IMG/VR virus record: IMGVR_UViG_3300042356_001602
DNA length: 64,000 nucleotides
Origin: a virus
Taxonomy: Duplodnaviria > Caudoviricetes
Reading direction: 5' to 3' (one strand)
A program made the position numbers and the translations under genes. Position 1 is the first letter of the stretch; each line of letters opens with the position of its first letter. Positions 54,124 through 63,800 of this stretch are shown piece by piece. The notes beneath the pieces are model-generated. The model was not told where the DNA came from, ran no database searches, and saw only the letters and a program-made list of their open reading frames with translations.

Positions 54124-54315
54124 ATGTCAGACAATAAGTTCAAATATTTTGCTGTTACAACAACCAGCTTGGTCAAAGCCAACAATAAAGCAGAAGCACA
54201 AAAAGTAGCCATGGGTCGCCGTGGATCAGATGGAGAGCTTCTGTTTAAGTCAACAGAAATTGAGCGCATTTCGTCAGTAGAAGCACGTGAGCAATTAGAA
54301 GAATTCACGGCCTGA
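54124..54315 (+). CDS. 63-aa hypothetical protein in its own transcription unit
   Basis: SD AAGGA; flanked by the promoter and a terminator. Confidence 0.75.
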   Translation: MSDNKFKYFAVTTTSLVKANNKAEAQKVAMGRRGSDGELLFKSTEIERISSVEAREQLEEFTA

Positions 54316-54328
54316 TATTCAGCATCTT

Positions 54329-54367
54329 AAGTGGAGGGTTGGGTTTTCCTAATCCTCCACTTTACTT
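54329..54367 (+). terminator. Intrinsic terminator
   Basis: AAGTGGAGGGTTGGG-TTTT-CCTAATCCTCCACTT stem followed by T-rich sequence. Confidence 0.75.
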
Positions 54368-54380
54368 ATGAAGAGGAAAA

Positions 54381-55067
54381 ATGTTAATAGCACAAATGGT
54401 GGGAAAAAATGAATCAGGAAGATTCTTACATAAAGTACTTGAAAGACTCTCCACTCAAGTAGATAAGATAGTCTTTACAGATGACTGCTCAGAAGATAAT
54501 ACAATAGAAATTGCGTCTAAGTACGCAGAGGTGTTCAGCAACAGTGAAACAATGTTCGAGAAGCATGAAGGTCACCTTAGACTTAATGCCTGGAAGAATC
54601 TAGAAACAGTAGCCAAAGAGGGTGATTGGGTTATAGCAATCGATTGCGATGAAATGTTGTTTCACGAAGATGGCATAGAGCTCAAAAAGGTTTTGCAGTC
54701 AAGCCCTTATGATGTGGTCAATGTTAGGTTCTATCATATGTGGAACGAAACACAGTATAGGGTTGACAAATTATGGGCTCCAAATAATAGTTCTAGAATT
54801 TTTAGATACACAAATGGTGGCACATTCCTAGATAAAAAACTAGCCTGTGGTTCTGAGCCAACATATGTGTCTGATTGGTTGAGACAAAAGAACTATTGGG
54901 TTCACTCAGGTCTAGCAATGCAGCACCTTGGTTACATCAGAGATGAAGATAAGATCATTAAGCATAAGAGATATATGTCCATAGACAAAGGTGAGTTTCA
55001 TAACATTCAACATATCGAGTCTATAATAGACCCTAATCCTGTACTAGTAAATTGGAACTTAAAATGA
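54381..55067 (+). CDS. GT2-like glycosyltransferase
   Basis: DDCSEDNT, AIDCDE, HLGY motifs. Confidence 0.75.
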   Translation: MLIAQMVGKNESGRFLHKVLERLSTQVDKIVFTDDCSEDNTIEIASKYAEVFSNSETMFEKHEGHLRLNAWKNLETVAKEGDWVIAIDCDEMLFHEDGIELKKVLQSSPYDVVNVRFYHMWNETQYRVDKLWAPNNSSRIFRYTNGGTFLDKKLACGSEPTYVSDWLRQKNYWVHSGLAMQHLGYIRDEDKIIKHKRYMSIDKGEFHNIQHIESIIDPNPVLVNWNLK

Positions 55068-55741
55068 AAACATATAATACTAAAGAAACAATAATAAAAG
55101 TAACAGATCTTATAGAAAAGAAAAAAAGATTTGCCTTTGTATCATATACGAGATCTTCATTTTTTTCTATTATTGGCGATATTAAGGGCGATAAAAAACC
55201 ACCAAAGAATTTTGTTCAATCAATACTAACTAGCATCACCTCTAATGACCCTCAGTATATTGCAGGAATACAGCCTGACTTCATCTATTCACAACAGGAT
55301 AAGCTTAGCAAGGTTGGCCTAAAGGATAAAGTATTTTATGATTCATGCTTCCTTGAGAATTATATCAATGAAGACTATGACATATTTAAAACATTCATGC
55401 AGTACTACTTCAAGCATAACAAGGTATTGGTAATCTCTTTCCAGCATAAATCAAATATTGGAAAGTTTTTTTCTAAAGACTCTGCTTTCATACAAGTCCC
55501 ATACAATGATTTTTATGATAAGGTAGATTCAATATTAGCTCAAGTGTCTGAGTTCGATGGTGAATATCAAATGTGCATTCTTGATTGCCCTATGTTTGCT
55601 TCTGCTATAGCTCCTAAGCTTTGGGAAAAAACAAAGATGTCAATCTTAGACTTTGGAAAAACACTAACTGTAGCACGAGCATTTGATAGAAATAAAGAGG
55701 GTGCACTTGAAGAAAAAATGGGAAGAACAACAAGACGATGA
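55064..55741 (+). CDS. Hypothetical protein, possible GT-D-fold glycosyltransferase
   Basis: ATGA-type overlap; AFVSY..S, IQVP.ND.Y, LDFG patterns reminiscent of GT-D proteins; weak. Confidence 0.45.
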   Translation: MKTYNTKETIIKVTDLIEKKKRFAFVSYTRSSFFSIIGDIKGDKKPPKNFVQSILTSITSNDPQYIAGIQPDFIYSQQDKLSKVGLKDKVFYDSCFLENYINEDYDIFKTFMQYYFKHNKVLVISFQHKSNIGKFFSKDSAFIQVPYNDFYDKVDSILAQVSEFDGEYQMCILDCPMFASAIAPKLWEKTKMSILDFGKTLTVARAFDRNKEGALEEKMGRTTRR

Positions 55742-56351
55742 TGAGTTTCTCAAAGATCTTTTGTTTGAAAGCAATTTATCTACAACTCAAATAGCAGCAG
55801 AACTATCATATTCAGTTCCTGACCTAAATAAAAGAATAAAACAATTAGGTCTTTCTTGGATAAAAGATAAAAATAAAAAGATGTCAAGAGGCCAAACTGC
55901 CCTGACTCTAGTTATGAAAAAACTTTTACCAGGAGAAGAAATCGTTAACGAGCATCACCTAGGCGATAAGCTAAGACTAGATGTTTATTGCCCAAAGTAC
56001 AACCTAGCTGCAGAGTATCATGGTAGGCAGCATTTTTTTTATACTCAAAGATTCTTTGATACAAAGTATGAATTTGAAGAAGCACAAAAAAGAGATGAAA
56101 AAAAGATGCAGATGTGCAAAGAGTTAGGGATAGCTCTTATCGTATTTAGGTACAATGACAACCTATCAGAAGAGTCTGTTTATGATAGAATGTTACAGGC
56201 CATAAAGAGTGCACCCAATGTGCCAGTACGTGTTCAGAAAAGAACATTAAAAAATAATCAATTTTACTTAGAGGCTAAGAAGAAGAACTCTGAAAGTAGA
56301 AAAGCTTATTATAAAACAATGAAAGAAAAAAGAAAACAAGATGGAAACTGA
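55701..56351 (+). CDS. HTH plus Vsr/DUF559-like PD-(D/E)XK endonuclease
   Basis: LSTTQIAAELSYS (HTH); LRLDVY...LAAEYHGRQH...RDEKK...C...GIALIVFRY. Confidence 0.7.
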   Translation: MHLKKKWEEQQDDDEFLKDLLFESNLSTTQIAAELSYSVPDLNKRIKQLGLSWIKDKNKKMSRGQTALTLVMKKLLPGEEIVNEHHLGDKLRLDVYCPKYNLAAEYHGRQHFFYTQRFFDTKYEFEEAQKRDEKKMQMCKELGIALIVFRYNDNLSEESVYDRMLQAIKSAPNVPVRVQKRTLKNNQFYLEAKKKNSESRKAYYKTMKEKRKQDGN

Positions 56352-57810
56352 ACTAGACACGGAACAAAAAGAAAAAGAATTCCCAGTCGAGTATCAGATA
56401 TTTGCTCTTTCGCTTAGAGAAAAAGATGCAATAGTTTTCTTCGATGCTTTTTTACCAGAAGACATAGTAGGCACCATACATGGTCAGACTGGGATAAATG
56501 AGTTTTATAAAGCACTACTGGCATATCATCATACGACAAAACTAGACGAAGTAAACCCTATAGCTTTTAAAGTGTGGTTAGACTCAGAGACAGACATTTA
56601 CTCTGCTCTAGGTGGAACATCTGGGGTTGACGCAATGATGGATATTCTAATGTCCATGGAGCTGTCTACACCGGAGTCTATTACTAAGTTGGTTAAACAC
56701 AAGGCCAATAAGAGAAAACAATTAGATTCTCTACAAGAACTTCAGATCTTAATAACTCAAAAGGGAGAAAAGAATGAAAAAGACATATCAAGAATAGCGC
56801 AGATTACTTCTGATATTAAAGATCTTGAAAACGAATTGAATTACAACCCTCTAGATAGTGTAACTACCGCTAATGACATATCGAAAAGAGCAGAAGACTT
56901 ATTAGAGATACCAAACTTTTTGCCAACTCAATACAAAGCTTTAAATAGAGCTATGGGCTATACTGATGAAGGTGGATTCTTCAAAGGCGCTGTGCATGCA
57001 ATAATTGCAGGATCAGGAAAGGGCAAGAGTACATTCGCAAAATGTCTGATTAATCACTGGGCTGATTCAGGCTACAAGGTGTTGTATGTAAACTTTGAAG
57101 AAGCAATTGCTCACTGGGAAAGAGTTTTAATGACTCAAATAATTGGAAAGAATGTTTACAAAGAGTCAGCAACTTGGAACGAAGAACAAAAAAGTAAGTA
57201 TCTTGGAATCTTTAGAGATAAGCTTAATGAATGGGGGGATAGGTTCATGGTTAGACACGACCCTGAGACTCCTTATTTTGAAGATTTAGAGAGATGGCTT
57301 AGAGATATCATGGGAAGTGACGATCGTGTTCCAGATGTTATCGTTATAGATACAATCCAATCTATGTTTACAAGAGGTGGAAAAGGTAAACCTCGATGGG
57401 GCGAGTTTGAAGAGATGATGGTTCGCTTAGAGAAGCTGGCCAGAGATATGAACTGCGTGCTTATTATCACTGCTCAGGAAAACTCAAATAGAATGAAAGA
57501 AAAAAGAGAAGTTGTTCAACAGTCTGACACTGGTGGTTCTTTAGCTATACAGCAAAAGTGTGCAGTAACAATATTCATTACAGATAAAAAGCTAGCTAGT
57601 GGTGATGACTCTGAAGATGAAAATATCATGCAACTTCAGATACCAAAAAATAGAATTACAGGATCTACTTTTGTTTACGATTCTCCTTTAGTGAGATATG
57701 TGGATGAAAGAAAAACATATGAAGAGTATGAAGCAATTACTCAAGAGAACTACAAGCAAGATTCAGATTTTGATGTCAGCGATTTAGCTGATTCAATGAG
57801 AGTGATTTAG
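56341..57810 (+). CDS. DnaB-like (SF4) replicative helicase
   Basis: Walker A AGSGKGKST, NFEE, Walker B IVIDTIQ, LA..MNC.LI..AQ.N, KNR. Confidence 0.85.
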   Translation: METELDTEQKEKEFPVEYQIFALSLREKDAIVFFDAFLPEDIVGTIHGQTGINEFYKALLAYHHTTKLDEVNPIAFKVWLDSETDIYSALGGTSGVDAMMDILMSMELSTPESITKLVKHKANKRKQLDSLQELQILITQKGEKNEKDISRIAQITSDIKDLENELNYNPLDSVTTANDISKRAEDLLEIPNFLPTQYKALNRAMGYTDEGGFFKGAVHAIIAGSGKGKSTFAKCLINHWADSGYKVLYVNFEEAIAHWERVLMTQIIGKNVYKESATWNEEQKSKYLGIFRDKLNEWGDRFMVRHDPETPYFEDLERWLRDIMGSDDRVPDVIVIDTIQSMFTRGGKGKPRWGEFEEMMVRLEKLARDMNCVLIITAQENSNRMKEKREVVQQSDTGGSLAIQQKCAVTIFITDKKLASGDDSEDENIMQLQIPKNRITGSTFVYDSPLVRYVDERKTYEEYEAITQENYKQDSDFDVSDLADSMRVI

Positions 57811-57816
57811 GAAATT

Positions 57817-58620
57817 ATGTTAAAACTAACAGTTAAAGAATTAAAAGATTATCAGCTATGTGGAAGACTATATGACTACAGACACGTAGACAAGCTCACC
57901 GAGAAGATAGGTGGAAGAGATCTTACGTACATAAGATATGAAAATGCCTTAAAGAGTATTGTTAATTTCTTTTTTTACAAGAAACAATCAGGTTCAGTTC
58001 CGTCGTATGCTTCCCTATTAAACAGATGGGAAAAGATATGGTACCCCAAAGGTACTACGGCATATGATATAACGCACGAGCAACATGAAAGTTTTTATGG
58101 CAACAATGCAAGCCTCACCAGTAGAGCAGCTTCAGCCTTGTTGGCTATCTCGGAAAACTTTTCAGACAGTGGAATTATACCCATAGCAATAGATGAAGAG
58201 TTCATAGTACCGGTCAATAATAAGGTTGCTGTGACCGACAAATTTGATTTAATATACCATCATAATAAAAAGGTGTATGTAGTTAAATGGGTTTTCAATA
58301 TTAAATTTAAGAAGCAATACTTGTACTCAACAGACTTTGCTGTGATGAATATGAGTTACTTTAGTAAGTACGGCAATAAAATAGATATAACAGAGTTTGG
58401 TTACTATGACTTATTAAATCCTAAACCAAACTTTACTAAGTTTGAAAGTAAGAAAGAAGATCTTGAAACAGTAGATGCATGGTGCACTACGTTGCATGAA
58501 GACAAATTATTCCTACCTAGAAGAGGTATGATTTCATACTGCACTTCATGCCCGCACGATGCAGTCTGTTCTAAATGGAATATCAGCACAAAAAAAGATG
58601 GACAGATAAATGTCAAATAA
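57817..58620 (+). CDS. PD-(D/E)XK nuclease superfamily protein (RecB/Cas4-like)
   Basis: LKDYQLCGR.Y.Y N-terminus, KFDLI, C-terminal CTSCPHDAVC. Confidence 0.75.
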   Translation: MLKLTVKELKDYQLCGRLYDYRHVDKLTEKIGGRDLTYIRYENALKSIVNFFFYKKQSGSVPSYASLLNRWEKIWYPKGTTAYDITHEQHESFYGNNASLTSRAASALLAISENFSDSGIIPIAIDEEFIVPVNNKVAVTDKFDLIYHHNKKVYVVKWVFNIKFKKQYLYSTDFAVMNMSYFSKYGNKIDITEFGYYDLLNPKPNFTKFESKKEDLETVDAWCTTLHEDKLFLPRRGMISYCTSCPHDAVCSKWNISTKKDGQINVK

Positions 58621-59296
58621 TATACTTGATGAAATTCTATCAGAGAATAATAGCGTAGTACCAAGAAAAGATGAAGACAAAATACTTGAGCCAATTTTAG
58701 AAGAAATTAATTATATATTTGATGAGTCTATAAAATCTTTTGTAAGAGCAATTCTTCTAAGAGCTTCTAGCTTTTGGTCTATACCATCAAGCTTTTCTGG
58801 AAAATACCATCCAGCTGACGAGCACAACTATGGTGGCAATGTCCTTCATACAAAAAGAGTTGTTAGAGCAGCTAAGATAATGTGTGAATCATACTCCCTA
58901 TCTAGGGAGGACACTGATATAGTTTTTGCAGCTTGCATATTGCATGATGTTACTAAGGGCATTAAGCTTGAGGGGGAAGACTCCTTCCACTACGATCCAA
59001 TGCATCCGTACACTGTTGCAAGACTAGTCCAAAAATGTCAAGAAGACGATAAGAACTATGCTTCTGAATCTCAGTCTTCAACTCTTTTTATATCTGAAGA
59101 TATAGTACAATCAATTCTAAGACTAGTGAGATGTCACCTTGGGCCATGGTCTCCCGTGCCAGAAACTATTCCTATTACATACATGGATATGATAGTTCAC
59201 CTAGCAGACAACGTTGCATCAAAGGTTCATTACATCGTTGATGGAGAAAACATAAAGCTAGACAGATGGAAGACGGAAAAAGATGAACGAAACTGA
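58610..59296 (+). CDS. HD-domain phosphohydrolase
   Basis: SGKYHP...GGNVLHT, ACILHDVTK, CHLGPW, VHLADNVAS. Confidence 0.85.
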   Translation: MSNNILDEILSENNSVVPRKDEDKILEPILEEINYIFDESIKSFVRAILLRASSFWSIPSSFSGKYHPADEHNYGGNVLHTKRVVRAAKIMCESYSLSREDTDIVFAACILHDVTKGIKLEGEDSFHYDPMHPYTVARLVQKCQEDDKNYASESQSSTLFISEDIVQSILRLVRCHLGPWSPVPETIPITYMDMIVHLADNVASKVHYIVDGENIKLDRWKTEKDERN

Positions 59297-59465
59297 TGAT
59301 CGTTTATTAAAAAGATTTACTGCAATAAAAAAAATGGAGTATTTCATAGAAGAATCTGTATATTATAGAACTCATTCAGAAGAAATGATAGAAAATAATA
59401 AGATCATTCTATGGAATTCAAAGCAAGAATCTGGTAAAATACCACTATATGAAAATAGAAGTTGA
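59283..59465 (+). CDS. 60-aa hypothetical protein
   Basis: Overlaps both neighbours in an operon-like chain. Confidence 0.5.
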   Translation: MNETDDRLLKRFTAIKKMEYFIEESVYYRTHSEEMIENNKIILWNSKQESGKIPLYENRS

Positions 59466-60663
59466 AGAAAATAAGTTTCTTTCACAATGGAAATATTACG
59501 AAGTAGCTAGATTTGTTCCATCTTTAAATAGGGTGATTAGAGATAAGAAGAACGGCCAACCAGTTATACTTACGGCGGAAGAGATACTGCCATATGCTAG
59601 CAGCAATGATAATACCGGCATATATACATCAGTCTTTGCTTACAATAATCAAGACATAAGTGAAGCGATAAGGCTTGGTCCGCTTTACTTTGACATAGAT
59701 AGCGATTCTATAGCAGATGCCTACGAAGATTGTATTAAATTATATAATCATTTAACTCAGTACATACCAGAGAGTTCTGTGTTAGTTTATTTTACTGGTA
59801 AAAAAGGATTTCACATAGAGTGTGAACCCATTTGTCTAGGCATAAATCCATCCAATAGCCTTCCTAAGATATATAGATTTATTGCCAACGATCTAAAGTC
59901 TAAGCTAAATTTAAACACTTTAGACTTTAGCGTATATGATGCTAGAAGAATGTGGAGACTGGCTGGCTCAAAGCATCAGAGTACTGGGTATTATAAAACT
60001 CTTTTGAATCCAAATGGAAGAGAAAATATATTCACAAAGGGAATAGAAGTGATTAAAGAATATAGTTCTAGTCCTTCCTCCTTAGAAGTATCTAAACAAG
60101 AATTTAATTATAAAGCTAATGAGTGGTATAGGCAATACACTTATGATATAGAAGAACATGAAAAAAGAAAAGACGACCCATTAGAATACTTTAATAAGTA
60201 TGGGGCAAAAGCGTTTAAAGATCTTAAGGAAACTCCTAAGATATTTAATAAAGATAACTTGTTGAATAAATGCTCTGCAGTAAAAAGACTCCATCAACAG
60301 GCAATTGATGATGGCTACCTGGAGCATGAAGCAAGACTATTTTTGTGTTCAATACTTACCTATACGGAAGATTCTATCAAGTATTTGCACGAGATACTTT
60401 CACAGTGCAGAGATTATAATTTCTCTAAATCATCCTCTCACATTAATGACTGGATAAAGAGAAGACAAATGTCAATCGGTGGTAGACCATACACTTGCGA
60501 AAGAGCAAACTCAGTTGGTGTTGGATGCGGGGAGTGCTCCTTAGAACAAAGAAATAAGTATGTAAAAGTGAATGGAAGATTTATAGAAACTCAAGAAAAA
60601 TCTTCGCCATCACCAATTAGATTTGCGTATAGTCCTGCACCAAGAAAGGAGGAACATGAGTAA
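59449..60663 (+). CDS. Archaeo-eukaryotic primase catalytic domain fused to a PriL-like Fe-S C-terminal domain
   Basis: YFDIDS, FTGKKGFH, RMWRLAGSKH; C-terminal C..V..L...GYLEHEARLFL...PYTC......GC.EC. Confidence 0.75.
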   Translation: MKIEVEENKFLSQWKYYEVARFVPSLNRVIRDKKNGQPVILTAEEILPYASSNDNTGIYTSVFAYNNQDISEAIRLGPLYFDIDSDSIADAYEDCIKLYNHLTQYIPESSVLVYFTGKKGFHIECEPICLGINPSNSLPKIYRFIANDLKSKLNLNTLDFSVYDARRMWRLAGSKHQSTGYYKTLLNPNGRENIFTKGIEVIKEYSSSPSSLEVSKQEFNYKANEWYRQYTYDIEEHEKRKDDPLEYFNKYGAKAFKDLKETPKIFNKDNLLNKCSAVKRLHQQAIDDGYLEHEARLFLCSILTYTEDSIKYLHEILSQCRDYNFSKSSSHINDWIKRRQMSIGGRPYTCERANSVGVGCGECSLEQRNKYVKVNGRFIETQEKSSPSPIRFAYSPAPRKEEHE

Positions 60664-60856
60664 CGAAGATGATGCAGTAGGCGTTTGTACAGAATGTGGT
60701 AATCAGCAGCCTGATAAGTATATGTACAATAGCGTCTTTGCCCAAGAGGGCCACTCAGCTGTTTGTAAATACTGTGGCGGAACAGTAACAGTATGTTATA
60801 GAAGTGAAGTACAAAATGTATTAAAAGCCATTAAAAGAAGAAGAGGATTAGGTTGA
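60656..60856 (+). CDS. Small zinc-ribbon protein (66 aa)
   Basis: CTEC and CKYC pairs; SD AGGAGG. Confidence 0.6.
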   Translation: MSNEDDAVGVCTECGNQQPDKYMYNSVFAQEGHSAVCKYCGGTVTVCYRSEVQNVLKAIKRRRGLG

Positions 60857-63800
60857 AAAACTGGACCAACTTACACAACCATACTGTGTTCTCTATGCTG
60901 GATGGGCACGGTAGTGTAGAACAATATCTAGAAAGAGCTAAGTCATTGGGAATGACTGGATTAGCTACTACTGATCACGGGAATATACATTCGTGGTTAG
61001 ACTTTTACGATGCTGGAAAGGCTGCAGGAGTAAAACCAATTCTTGGTTCAGAATTTTATCAGGCTAGAAAAAGTAGATTTGATAGAGACGAAGAGGAAAG
61101 ATCAGGCCCCTCAAAAAATGAGTGGGAACAAAGAGGTCCGTATCATATAACTATATTAGCTAAAAATAATATTGGGTATCACAATATTATTAAGATGTCA
61201 TCCAGAGCGTTTACTGAAGGCTATTATGTTAAACCTAGAATAGATCACGATCTAATATCACAACATTCAGATGGGATAATAGTCCTATCAGGATGTCTTA
61301 ATGGAGAAGTGTCTCAAGCCCTATTAAGAAAAGACTACAGCACAGCCTTAAAGCACGCTACCTCAATGCAAGAAATCGTAGGTGCAGAGAATTACTTTAT
61401 AGAGATTCAAAATCATGGTATTCAAGAACAGCTCACTATCATACCTGATCTAATTAAATTAGCTAATCACATTGGAGCAAAGGTTGTTCCATCAGGGGAC
61501 TGTCACTACGTTCATCAGCACGATGCAAACGCCCATGACATAATGCTTTGTGTAGCAACTAACTCAAATATACATACGCCTAATAGGTTTTCTTTTTCTG
61601 GCGACCAGTTTTATTTACAGTCATACGATGAAATGGCCTCTATTTTTTCTGATGAACTTCTTAAGAATACCATGCATGTAAACGACATGATTGAAGTTAA
61701 TTTAGAATTTGGAGAAATGCATTTTCCAAATTTCCCGATACCAACAATGGAAGATTCAACGACATACTTTGAAAGACTTGCCTGGGAAGGCCTAAAGAAG
61801 AAGTATGGAGATCCGCTGCCTAATCATATATTAGATAGAGCTAATCATGAGCTACGAGTCGTTAAGGAGATGGGCTTTCCTGAATACTTTTTAGTTGTAT
61901 CTGATCTAGTTAGGTGGGCTAAGGAGAATGATATCAGAGTAGGTTGGGGTAGAGGTTCTGCTGCAGGAAGCGTTCTGTCTTACGCTTTTGATATTACCAA
62001 TCTTGATCCGATTAGATTTGGTTTGATGTTTGAAAGATTTTTAGTAGAAGGAAGAAAGTCCATGCCGGACATCGACCTCGACTTTGATGACAGACACAGA
62101 GATAGAGTTATTGAATACGCAAGAAATAAATATGGAGAAGATCATGTTGCACATATCTGTACATTTAATAGGACTGGAGCAAGACAATCCATCAGAGATG
62201 CTGCGAGAGCTTTAGGTCATGAATTCATTGTTGGAGATAGAGTAGCAAAGCTTGTTCCGCCACCAGTGCTTGGTGTATCAAAATCTTTATCAGAGTGTAT
62301 GGAAGTTGCAGAGTTTAAAAAAGAATACTCTAGCAATGAAGAATCAAAGACTATAGTCGAAACAGCATTTGGACTAGAGGGTTTAGTCAGACAAACTGGG
62401 ATACATGCTGCAGGAGTAGTTATATCAAAAGGTGCATTAACAGACTATCTTCCCATAATGAAAAAGGGAGTGGATAGCCCAGTTGTCACACAGTGGGACA
62501 TGGGCAGAGTTGAGCAGTGTGGACTACTAAAGATTGACTTCTTGGGATTGAGAAACCTTGGAGTTATAGACCAATGTGTAAAGATAGTTAAAAAGAGTAG
62601 GGGCGTAAATATAGACATAGAGTCCATACCCCTAGACGATAAGAAGACATACGAAGAACTTGGCAAGGGCAACGCCATAGGTGTGTTTCAGCTTGAATCA
62701 TCTGGTATGAGAGAGTTGATGGTTCAACTGCAGCCACAAAACATAGAAGACATAATGGCACTCATATCACTATACAGACCTGGGCCAATGGGATCTGGGA
62801 TGGACAAGCTTTTTATAGATAGAAAGCATAATAGATCTAAGGTTCAATACGATCACGAAAAATTAGAAAAAGTACTAGGACCATCATTGGGTATCATGCT
62901 GTATCAGGAAGATGTTCTTGGTGTGGCTAGAGAGCTAGCTGGCTTTAGCTCTGCAGAAGCAGATGATTTGCGTAAAGCTATTGGTAAAAAACAAATGGAT
63001 AAGATCTCTTTATTTAGAAGAAAGTTTGTTGAAGGATGTGTAGCTGTGTCTTCTCTACCAGAAGACAAGGCTAATAAAATATATTCGGACATTGAATACT
63101 TTGGTGGATATGGATTTAACAGAGCACATGCTGCTAGTTATGCGATGATCTCCTATATTACAGCTTACTTAAAGACAAATTATACGGTAGAATACATGGC
63201 TGCTTTAATGAGCTCTGTAGTTGGAAATAAAGAAAAGCAGTCCTTATATCTGGCAGATTGTAGAAAAAGAAACATAAAGGTTCTTCCACCTTCTATAAAT
63301 AGATCTACAGAAGAGTTTGGAGTCATAGATGAACATACTATTATCTTTGGTTTGGCAGCCATTAATGGCATAGGCTATGCAGTTTCAGAAGCTATTTTAT
63401 CCAATAGGAACGAAGATAAACCTTATGATTCAATGCATGACTTTTTTAGAAGAACTAATCCAGCGGTATTAAAGAAGGGGACACTTGAGCACCTCACTAA
63501 GGCTGGAGCCTTTGATGAGCTGATAGATAGCGTTTTAGATGATGACTTCGGAAGAAGAACTGAACTATCTATTCTTGAAAAAGAAAAAGATGAACTTGGA
63601 TTATACATATCTAAGAATCCGGTAGATGGAATTTGGGATCTTCTTTCTGAAAATATTTCACATGAAATTATTGAGATAACAGAACTGCCTGCGTCCTCTA
63701 GAGTTTCTATAGCTGGAATAATTTCTGGTTATAAAAAGCTTGTGACAAAAAAGGGTGCGAAGATGTACAAGTTTAATATACAAGACATCTCCTCTGATAT

